Assembly (NCBI GenBank): GCA_047495785.1
Contig: JBLDXI010000055.1
Span: forward strand, 1,116,001-1,180,000
DNA length: 64,000 nt
Source: Lepidodermella squamata
Lineage: Eukaryota; Animalia; Gastrotricha
Direction: 5' to 3'
The position numbers were made by a program, and so were the translations under genes. Shown one piece after another: positions 50,087-60,701 of the stretch; the stretch's first letter is position 1, and every line of letters starts with the position of its first letter. Under the pieces are notes generated by a model. The model made no database searches. It worked only from the letters and a program-made list of their open reading frames with translations, and was not told the origin of the DNA.

Positions 50087-53000
50087 ATGCAACTAATCGC
50101 TGTGATATTAGCAGCTTCCCAACTAATCGAGTTGTCAGCAGGTAGCGTAATTTGGTAACTGAACTGCAGATTTTTAGTGAAAATATGCAATTTTAGCTGT
50201 AAATACCGAAAAATTTCAATTTGTCGCGGTCAAGCTACTACCCCAACCGTCCGAATTAGTCGCACACGTGGATTCTGGAACAGAGTAACTTAATCCCTAA
50301 TAATTTGTCATTTGAAACCAAAATGATATACTCAAGACACTACACCTTGCGGCTTCACCGAGATGATTCGGTTTTCTCCCCTGACTTTCACGTACAGCAC
50401 GGGTCGAAGTTGTTCCGCGAGGTTCCGGTTCATAACTACGACGGCGTGGTAGCTGGCGAATCTAATTCTCGAGTTATCGCATCTTTAACGAACGGACGAC
50501 TCGAAGCAGTTTTATTTTTCAACGATTCATTAAGCGAAACCTTGTTCATCGAAGACGGCAGGCGCTACACTGATACGGTGAACTGCATGTTCGATGTTAT
50601 CAACAAGCCGAGTGACCCATCTTACTGCACGATCGCTTATCGCGACAAATTTGATAGTCAATCATCCATGAGCCATTTTCATGACCATGAACATGCGCGG
50701 TAATTATCATATTAACTAAATGCTTTAAATTGAACCACTGATATATCAGAGTTAAACGATCTGCGGATGAATTTTCCGGCATTTGCGGATGGACAAATCC
50801 AGCTATAAACAAGCGCTTGGAGGAATGGATGAAGATCTCTACTCCTAAGGTAACGAAGCGTTCTTTGCTGATGGAAAAAATAACTTGTTGAAATTAGCAC
50901 GAGAACCAACCGAACGTTAACAAAAGATCGCGTCGCGCAGTGAATAACGCGAGGAAAGTTTGCCCTATGTACATACAAATGGACACTACAATTTGGGTCA
51001 GTTGCTTCATACTAAAAAGCGTATTTAATTTCACATACCGATGCAGGACCTGTATCGCAGCGATTACAAGAGCGATGCATTAGCCCGAACAAGTTTAACC
51101 CAGCTTGCTGCTGATTTGGTGAAAGGAATTAACGCAATCTATCCTGATACGCCTTTCGTTAGTGACGACAGATCTGCCGGACCTTTCCTAGGCTTCGAGT
51201 TCCAAGTTGCTAAGATGCGAATTTTTACGAAAGAGGAGGTGAGATTGCGCTGCTTCTCTCAGTGAATAATTGAATGAAAACTGCGATTTAGATTCGAAAC
51301 AGTTCGAGCGCTATCGAGAAGCAACTTGACAACGACTTCATTGACTCGGATGCCTTCTTAAAAATAAACTCACAGATGGATCACAGCAAATATTGTTTAG
51401 CCTATATCGTGAGCCATCGCCAGTTCTCAGGTGGAGTTATGGGGCTGGCATGGCTTGGCTATCCCACCGGCTACGTTGGAGGGGTTTGTCAACTGCCCAC
51501 GACAATGAATGGCGCAAAGATGTCTTACAACACTGGAATAATTACTGGGAACAGTCAAGGAAGTCGAGTATCGAAGCGAAGCTTGCTTTTAACATTTGCG
51601 CATGAGGGTAACTTTGCTCGTCGTTATTCGTTATTCTATTAGCTTTCAACTGATTCGATTATTTCTCAAGTTGGTCATAACTTCGGGTCTCCTCATGATA
51701 CTACAGAAGACTGCGTCCCAACCACTTCAGATGGATACTTCATTATGGTTAGCAATCGATAACTTTTCTGTCATCATCGTGATCATTTCCAGCCGTTTTT
51801 CAGTATCCTTACGTAAATCCAGGGACGAAAAAGAACAACGACAAATTTTCCAAGTGCAGTCTCAACAAAATTGCGCTAAATGTTGATGTGATTTTGGCTG
51901 GTCGCTCTGGTTCCAAACCTAATTGTTTCCGGCCATCTTTGGCTCCTATCTGCGGCAATGGAATTGTTGACGAGTAGGTTTTCCAGCCCAGTAGTTGTCC
52001 AGTTGTTAAGGCTTGAAATTTTTCAGAGGGGAGGAATGCGATTGCGGCGCTGATGAAAATGAGTGCAAAGCTGCTCGCGACAGTTGCTGCACTCCTGGAA
52101 ATGGGGGACCTTTCGCTTGCAAACTTGTTCGAGGGGCGAAATGCAGTCCCTCGAATGGACCTTGGTATATCAATGAAGTTTTTTATCTTTCAATATTCAT
52201 ATAGTTGTTTCCCGCATTTTCACGCAGTTGCAATCCGGATAAATGCGATTTGGTCCCTGCTTCTGACGGAAAGGTTTGCGCTCCAGATAGCGAGTGCGGG
52301 GAGTCATCTGTTTGCTCTGGAGCTTCGGCTATCTGTCCCCCGATCAGGCCCAAGGGCAACCTCACTTATTGCGCTTCAAAAACAAAGATGTGTGTGCAAG
52401 GCGAATGCTTGCAATCTGTTTGCAGGAAAATCAATTACGACGAATGCCAGGTAGAAACCAAAAACATATATACATGGTGCAGTAGTTGTATATGACTACC
52501 TGAAATTGCAGGAGCCACTGGATAAAAAGCAGGACGCTTCACGTTACTGTTACGTTAGCTGCCAACGCAGCGGCGGCCGTTGCCTCAATTCTTTGAACCC
52601 CGGCGATGTATGATTACAAACTGAATGTCATATTTATTCGTTATAAGATTGTATTTTTAACCAGGACGTTGTTTTCAAGTCTCTGATTTTAGACGTTGGA
52701 GGCGGCCAGCCTATCAAGCTTCCGCCAGGTTCACCTTGTGATAACTACCGCGGAGTGTATGCAAAAAATACTACCTTAATAGTGATATTTAACTTTAATT
52801 TTGTAGCTGTGATGCGTTCGGCCGATGTAGGCAGGTCAACGCCCAGGGACCTCTGGCAAAAATGTTTCTGGCCTTGTCCGGAAAATCCGATGTGACAGAT
52901 GGTGGCGAATGGCTCGTGAAATACTGGTGGGTGGTAGCCATAATTGCAGTCATTTTCGTCATCATAAGCTTCTGCTTGCTAAAATACTGCTCCGATCTAC

Positions 53001-53128
53001 TGCCGACCAGCAATCCGAAGTTCCAAGGCAGTCTCACGACAGTTCAGGCCTTCCGAAACATCATTAAACCAACACTGCGCCGCCGTAAACCGCTACCAGG
53101 CCAAAGTCCGACAACACCAACATTCTAA
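50087..53128 (+). CDS. ADAM10: ADAM10/Kuzbanian-like metalloprotease, copy 2 (about 13 introns)
   Basis: Signal exon MQLIAVILAASQLIELSA, HEVGHNFGSPHD split by an intron, GEECDCG, CSPSNGPC, TM segment nearly identical to copy 1. Confidence 0.85.
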
Positions 53129-53238
53129 TTTATATTTTTATTCGGAACGAGTAAAGATCTAATTATTTTATTGAGAGCAATCACAGTGGCTTGTTCTTCA
53201 TCTAAAATACCGAATCGCACTGGGTGAACGATTTGAAC

Positions 53239-53272
<34 letters not shown>

Positions 53273-53285
53273 CTAAAATTTACAA
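53043..53285 (+). repeat. Direct repeat copy A (ADAM10-2 last codons + 3'UTR, with (GA)15)
   Basis: Near-identical to 55116-55338: one substitution (CGCACTGGG vs CGCACAGGG) and a different GA tract length. Confidence 0.95.
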
Positions 53286-53818
53286 CAAATTCTATCAACG
53301 GTACGCATAATTTTTTGTTTTTCTATTCTAGATTCATAGTTTTTTGCGAAATTAAATCATTTTTAAGGCAACGTGACGCGGCAGCACGTTATGTGACACC
53401 GTTACGGTCATAATATTAATCTACGGTTAATAATACGGAATCAATGTATAACAAGTTACACACTAAACTCGAATTAATATTACGTAAACTGCATCTAGGG
53501 TCTGCTTTATACGAAACTACTACATCACAGACGAAATCGTTACAGCTACGAACAGTACGTAATCAATCATTGGGTAAATTAAACGAAACCCTACATCATG
53601 TTGCTACGCTACCCTAGCTAATTGACCATTTATGTGCTAAATTCGCAGGAAACGAGAGCTAAATTTTCATAGCAGTGTATTTTCGTATACCTAACTTCAT
53701 CCACTGTATACTCGAAATAACTTTCTCTTGAAATAACTTTCTCTTAAGAAGGAATTGGCTAGAACCGGTGTAGCCTTCAATGAGAGGCAGCCACGCAGGT
53801 TGTGGTATTTAATCTTGC

Positions 53819-54766
53819 TTACGTACGGTTTGAACAAGGACCTTGGGCATCATTGACAGGATGCATGTAGAATGTTTTAAATTGCGAAACAAGCTCACGC
53901 GAATAACTATTCAAGCTCTCGAAGTGATACAGCAAAGTCTTACTGCTGTAAACTAGCAAGTCCTCCTGTGGATAGTCCTCTGTATAAGGAAAATAGAAGT
54001 AAGGAGAAACTAATTTCCTTTTAAGTGAATTTTTTGGCATCACTTTAGCTACCGGCTTATCGTCAACTTCAGAGCCCAGAAGGATTGGACCAGGATGTGA
54101 CACTGAAACTATGTCGACTGTGTCAGTTGAATTCATCGTCACCATGCTGTAATCATCCTCGTTGCGTAAATGGGCTTCGTCAACTACATCATTAGTAACA
54201 GGTAATGCTGAATCATCTGAATCATCATTAATAATGGATGGTCCCGCCGTAGAATCGCTATAAATTTTCTGCAGCTTGGCATATAAAGACTCTAAAACAT
54301 CTTCAATTCTCACAGCTGCACTGCTACTACTTACAGCTAATGAATGCAGGCACTCCTCATCGACTATTTCCTGCCGGCGGTTAATATGTTTGGTGACATT
54401 GTATAATGTGGCCCTGTTTTTCTGAAGCTTAAAAGAAGGGAGGGTAAGGTTGCCATAATGCTCACATTTCAACATAAACATTAAAACCGCAAATATTTTA
54501 GTCTTATACAGAAATGGTTGACTTTTCATCATTCCCTGAGTGATATCATCCAGTTCGCAAAGTTTACTCCGACCAAAGATTGCCTTGCACAGATCTTTTG
54601 ATGATAAGAATTTTCCGAAACGCTCACGCCACATTTGAAAATAATTATTAATGGCCTCGCCATCAAGTTCTAATGATTCCAATTCCTGAAAGAACGGTTT
54701 GAATAAAGGAAATTGGTCGTAATGATCCGAGGCCACCCTCTGGCGAACGGCTTTTCTTTTTTTCAT
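53819..54766 (-). CDS. Orphan 315-aa intronless ORF inside the insert
   Basis: Long open frame with no recognised motif; basic N-terminus and acidic low-complexity middle; acceptor-like site just upstream, so it may be a terminal exon. Confidence 0.5.
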   Translation of the reverse strand: MKKRKAVRQRVASDHYDQFPLFKPFFQELESLELDGEAINNYFQMWRERFGKFLSSKDLCKAIFGRSKLCELDDITQGMMKSQPFLYKTKIFAVLMFMLKCEHYGNLTLPSFKLQKNRATLYNVTKHINRRQEIVDEECLHSLAVSSSSAAVRIEDVLESLYAKLQKIYSDSTAGPSIINDDSDDSALPVTNDVVDEAHLRNEDDYSMVTMNSTDTVDIVSVSHPGPILLGSEVDDKPVAKVMPKNSLKRKLVSPYFYFPYTEDYPQEDLLVYSSKTLLYHFESLNSYSRELVSQFKTFYMHPVNDAQGPCSNRT

Positions 54767-55115
54767 ATGGCATTATTCGTGCTATAGAATTAAAATAAAC
54801 AACAACATTTACAATTATGAGGCACCCTAGAGCTCAAAGAAACGTACATATCCTTGAAGGTATGCTGCAGTGGTGGCATATGACTCAACGTCAGATAGGC
54901 TCCAGCAGACAGCTGTCATCTATCATGCCGCCGTCGATCTGGCATTCCTTGTTGCAGCAACGACGAATGCAATCGAGACCTTTAAAATTGGAATTTCGCA
55001 TAAATGAATGCTCTGAAATTTAAATGAAATCAACACTAACCATAGGTGAAGTATAAGTGCATTCGTTCCAGTAGGTGGCAGAGGCTGTTGTGTAGCGACC
55101 GATCATATTTTCCAA

Positions 55116-55338
55116 TTCAGGCCTTCCGAAACATCATTAAACCAACACTGCGCCGCCGTAAACCGCTACCAGGCCAAAGTCCGACAACACCAACATTCTA
55201 ATTTATATTTTTATTCGGAACGAGTAAAGATCTAATTATTTTATTGAGAGCAATCACAGTGGCTTGTTCTTCATCTAAAATACCGAATCGCACAGGGTGA
55301 ACGATTTGAACTAGAGAGAGAGAAGCTAAAATTTACAA
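55116..55338 (+). repeat. Direct repeat copy B (with (GA)5)
   Basis: Duplicate of 53043-53285. Confidence 0.95.
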
Positions 55339-55429
55339 AACAATTCTTTAAATTGTACTCTCATTTTACGATATGTTAGAAAGGGCAAAGCCATAAGGTG
55401 CACAATTCAACAAACTAAAGTTATTGGCT

Positions 55430-56146
55430 TCATAGTTTGACGCCGCCTTTTTCCAAGGTTTCGGCCAATAGTCGCTCCAACGGCTCATTTGAACCCCGAA
55501 TTTGCCTTACCACTTCGGCGACCCACTCCAAGTAACCACGAACGTCATCGTCAGTCCAGCCAACAGGCCTATAGATCAAATGAAATTGAGTTCAAATAAA
55601 TAACCTAATTTAGCATCATTACTTCCGGTCCAAAGCGTCACGTGAGTTGTACAGCTTGTCAGCGAGTAGAATCAGACGAGCGTCAGAAGTCAATTTATGA
55701 GCCGTGTCAATTCGTTGTTTTCGTCTAACATGTCGCGGCAATCCTTTCTCGTCTGTCACCTCGGCTACGAGTGAAGCAATTTTCGTACCGAAAAGTGATG
55801 CTATTTCCTCCGAAGTGCCTTCAGTGTCTTCGACAACGTCATGCAAAACCGCTGCCTGTGATTGATTGAAATTTCATTAAATTAGTATCATCATCAGCTA
55901 GTTAACGAACACATAGAACTGGGATGTTCTCAGCATGCCCTGCCTCGTTTGCGATAAGAGATGCCACACCTGCATCAATAAGTAATTCAATTTTCCTCAT
56001 TAGCAGATCAAAAGCCAACCAATCGGGTGATTTATGTACGGCGTTCCGATTCCATCCTTTCGCTTTTGCGCTGTATGACACCTGGCCGCGTAGTCGAGAC
56101 AACGTAGAAACAACGCAGTGTCATTAGCAGATGCGTTGTTTGCCAT
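55430..56146 (-). CDS. HDDC3: MESH1 ppGpp/NADPH phosphatase (HD domain), 4 exons
   Basis: QKRKD..PYINHPIGVA, AAVLHDVVEDT, VAEVTDEK, LADKLYN, PVGWT. Confidence 0.92.
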
Positions 56147-56618
56147 AGATAGAATAAATAACTAGCGAAAATTAGCCAGAGAGTGACGTAAAAATGCGTT
56201 TCAGCTAAATCAATAATTTATTCAACGAAGACCACAGTTACCAGTATTCCGAGAAGAAAATACACGTTAAATGCCAAAAACGACAACAATTGGACTTTAG
56301 TGTTAGTGAATGATCAGACAGGGTGTGGATAAGCCTTTGGTTCGTGTTAATTTTGAATCAGAAAGCAGCTTTAAAAACGATTGTTATTTCGAGCGTAGAA
56401 TCAAAGTTTATCAGCAAATTAGCAATACATAGCAAAATATAAGGAAATCAGTTTATGATAGAGACAGGCTAAACCTCGATAGCTAACGCAGTTTCCTCGG
56501 AAAATGTTGAATTAAAAAAATATAAAGCCTTCTGACACATATCACACTGATCCAGACAGATGTAAAATTCATCGGCACCGCTGCATTGCCAACTACAAGA
56601 CTACAAGTATTTCTTCGT

Positions 56619-58329
56619 TCAAAACTCGAAACCAGGTGTTGTTCCATTTGATCCACTACTGGATCCGGCTTCGATTTCGTCCACATAACGTTGAATCATG
56701 GAGCGAAGTGTGATGTTAGGGATCAAATTCGTATGCAGCAAAGGCGCGTTCGTCATGGGCGAGGTGACTTCGCCGCGTTTAAACCAGCTGGTAATCGCAT
56801 CTCGCTCATATGTGTAACCTGTATTAATGAGAATTAATTTCAACCCGAATTCAGACACAAAACAGAAAAGTTTACCATCGCCAGCAATCACAGGGTCCGT
56901 CATTAGTTCTTGCGTGATGGGGCACTGGAATTCGGTCGGGCAATTAGCGAACTTGTTCGGGCGGTCGGAATGGCTTTGATTTGATGATGTCAATGCTAAC
57001 ACTTGCCGACGAGCAGTTTCTTGAGCTGGTGGTAAAGCCACGTACAATTTGCGCCCATAACTTTCAGGAATAACTTTGCGAGTAACATTCTGACCGTAAG
57101 CTTTGATGGTGTGGTCGTTCGATCCCGTTAACAACAAAGATGCGTCAGGTGAAAATATTGCACAATTTACATATCTGCGAAACAATCGTTTTAGCGACAT
57201 TCCACCTTAAAAGCATATGCTTACCTAGAATGATCTGAAACTCGTTGAATAAGGCTGAGCTCGTGATGAACACCTTTAGCTAGAGCGCTATCTGAGCGGT
57301 GAATGGCGTACAGCACCACAGTAGGATCGATCGAAGTACTGGCTAGCATCAATGTGCTAGCATCGTGACGGGTAAATTTCAGCGACAAAATCGATTGGTT
57401 GTGATCGCGACGGGAACAAATCAAGCGCAAACTGGGATTATCGGCTGGCTTGGGCTCTATTTGCCACAGGTTTATGACATCATCGTGACCCCCAGTGGCC
57501 ATCAAAATGGTAGGGTCGTCCCGGCGAGCGATGACGTCCATTGAAGTAACGCCCAAGTCATGCGTAGTCGGAATATAAATGTGGCACTTTGCTTGAAGGC
57601 GATGTGAATTAGCAGGGTGGTTACTTCCAGAGTCGACCAGCCGCCATAATCGCAGATCACCGGCAGAGCTACCGGATACGACTAGATCGTCATGATGAGG
57701 CACAAAGCGGCAAGCGTGAACGGCTTCATTGACGTCACCGAAAACGGACAACAACGTCATGTCAGGCTGCAAATAGAAAATTGTCATAAATCGAGTATTC
57801 AGAGATAATTCATTTTTGCATCAATATTTTCAAGATTTATTTCTCTTCATTTTCAAGTCATCTTTACCTGAATTTGAGGACTGAACGACCAAACGCAAAT
57901 GGTACCATCGTCGCCAGCGGTGGCGATGCGTTCACCCTGGGGATAGGCAAAAGTCACGACCCGCATGTCGCATTGCGACGGGTGTTGGCAATGCCCAACC
58001 CGGGCGAAAGGCGGTGCAGTTTCCGTATCGAAAATTACTGCATAGCCGTCAGAGGCACATGTGGCCAGGTAGCGGCCGCACGGGCTGAAATCGACCGCCC
58101 GCACGTGGTATGTATGATGAGTGAGTACACAGACCTCACTGAAGTCGGTGATGCGGTATACGCGCACCGTTCTATCGAGCGAGCCAGATACGATATACTG
58201 CGTATTTGCGGCGAGGCACGTGACATCGGAAACGTGGTTTGTCAACGTAGTCAGAACCGAAAACAAACCTTCTTCAGAAGCATGTGGATTGTCCTCATGG
58301 TTGAAATGTGAATTCACTCCTAGGTCCAT
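56619..58329 (-). CDS. WDSUB1: WD40 + U-box protein (WDSUB1-like), multi-exon
   Basis: WD40s (HVSDVTCLA, SGSLDRTVRVY, HDLGVTSMD, RYVNCAIFSPD), U-box PTEFQCPITQELMTDPVIAGDG/YTYER..TSPMTN. Confidence 0.82.
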
Positions 58330-58906
58330 CAATATTTTCGAAAAAAATCCTAAGCACACAAAAAACCGCGCAAATAGTAATTATTCCGTGATTCAATATC
58401 AACTTTATGTAAAATAATGATCCATCAACGCGAAAAACACGCAAATTCATTGCAACTTGCAAATAATTCTCACAGGATGGAGCAAACAATTCAAAGTCAA
58501 CCAAGGAGAACCACCTCTGACTAGCAGCAGTATCAATAATGAAGTTATGACGAGATGTTAAAGCAACATGACAGCCTGTGTCATGCGTCAGCCAAAAACG
58601 AAACAAAGTTCTAAGACAAAAGGACAGCACCAAAGACATTTAATCGATTCAAATCCGAAAATGGCAGTATTCAGTGTTCAGGTTTTTCGAAGATTTAAAA
58701 GTTGAACCATAGGGAAGGAAAATTTCTACAAACAGATTATCAAATAAAATCGATGACTCGGAGTACCACAAACCGGATAGATAAGTAATACGTTGTTAAT
58801 AAACGAGAGGAAAGACTCTTAATCAGCGCGCTTAATATTAGCCGTCAAGAAGAGACGAAGAGGTAAAATAACGATGTTAACACTGAGTACATAACAAGAC
58901 AGAGCT

Positions 58907-60701
58907 TTACATGCCAGCTGGCATGTCTGTGTCGGGATCCTCTTCTTCCTTGAGTTGCTTCTCGTAAGCAGCGATGAATTCGCGGTGTTTGACTTGGTCT
59001 GAGCAATCAGATGGCAATGCAGCCTTGGGCACGTCATAGTCAGATAATGCTTTCCAGAACAAATCGTACGGACACATCTCGCTTGTGCAGCCAGGTATTA
59101 TAAATGGCTTGTTCAAGTAGGAAACCTTGACAAAATAATTAGGCTTCCTGTATTTCGATTCCTTGAGAGTCGTTTGATCGCGGCTAGAAATGGATGAGTA
59201 TAATTCGAAAGTAACATTCGCCAAAAACGGTGGCCACTTGTAATCATATCCACCGAGTGCCACAAGTAATGGTACAACTGATGAATCATGAGCACCATAT
59301 ATAAACAACTTCGGCGTCTTCACCCCGCGGATATGATCGTCCATCTTATTCCGGAAACGCCGCAACATTGGACCGGCAATTAATTTGAGCATCAGTTCAC
59401 TGTCGTCGCCGCTAAAACCAGTGCATTGATAAAGGAAGAGACGAACTGCATGTCGATCGATTTTGTCATAAAATGGCATCAACGATTCAGGGGTTGGCAA
59501 ATTGTGAGTTTGACGACAGACAATGTCATCTCGAACATGAACGAAGTCAAGCTTATGTTTTGACTTGTCGATACTCAACAAATCTTCCAATTTCTTCTGA
59601 TCTTGGGCCATTTCACCCGTTGGTGATTCAAATCGCATCCAGTCTCGGTGAGCCAAAAACTTGAGAATCTTACAATGTGGATTCGGGTAAAAAATCTCGT
59701 CTTTGTCGTTGACGGTATGAATTATCAGCTGTTCTCTGATTTCTGACTTGCCGTATAATCCAGCCATTATTGACCGAACAGTTTCAATCGTCCTTTTGAC
59801 ATTAGTCGAGCGCAAGCTGAAATAGAGAGACACATTCACTCAAAACCTGGAGCTGAATCATGCACGCGGAAAAGATAAGACTAGAAACTAGGAGCAAAAG
59901 ATAAGAAGTCAATGAAAAACCGATTAGAATTGTGCACTAGATTGATGAATATGAGCGTTTTGAGCTGAAAGAAATATACATCACTACTCTAAATTTAGAT
60001 ATGATGAATCACATTTTCAAATAGATAGCATATCTGAATTCGTATCTTGCATCTTGCTCGACAATCAACTCAATGATAACAATGGTACAAATTCACAAAA
60101 ATTCTCAACTTACTAAACATCGTCTCGTGAGAACTTGTGGCTGAGAAGCCTATCGGGTCCTTCGACTAAATATTTCCTGAGAACAAGGCCAAAGTCGTAA
60201 GCTTGCTGTTGGCCTATAGTAGTCAACTGACCAGCTTGACTTCCCCCCTGTCCATATGAAAATAAATCAAGTTGATGCCCCATTCAAATTACGAAAGGTC
60301 TACCAAGAATATCTTCTTCTGGTAAGCCGACTCTGTCTCGCCCGGGTGGTCAAGATGTTTTCCGCTCTCTTCTTTTAAAACAAAAGAGACATTGGTGTGA
60401 TCAAGCACCTTGAGTAGCTCAAGTTTGTCATAAGGAACCTATCGAAAAACGAACAATTTCCAGCTATCCAAGTTGATCAAATATTGCATACCTCTTCGAT
60501 ACCAGGAATCAGATGAATCGGGGTTCTGGCACCATGACGACAGAGCACATGAACTTGGCAAAGGCGGTACTGTTGTAAAGGGCTAGAAAGCGTTGACTGT
60601 GTTGAACCATTATTGCTTTCTGCGGTTGCTTGCCAAGAATAAAACATTCGCAAAGAGCCGAGGCCAATCAAACCAATCAAAATACCACGAGCGATTTTCA
60701 T
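58907..60701 (-). CDS. ACP6: Lysophosphatidic acid phosphatase type 6 (histidine acid phosphatase)
   Basis: RHGARTP, GQLTTIGQQQAY, RSTNVKRT, YGAHDSS, WPPFLA..FELY. Confidence 0.85.

Noticed and set aside
51803-51812. GTATCCTT resembling a U12 donor
   Set aside because: It is the acceptor AG followed by coding TAT CCT TAC (Met-turn YPY) in ADAM10-2
53043-55338. LTR retrotransposon interpretation of the direct repeats
   Set aside because: The repeats are host coding/UTR sequence and lack TG..CA ends, PBS/PPT and gag/pol
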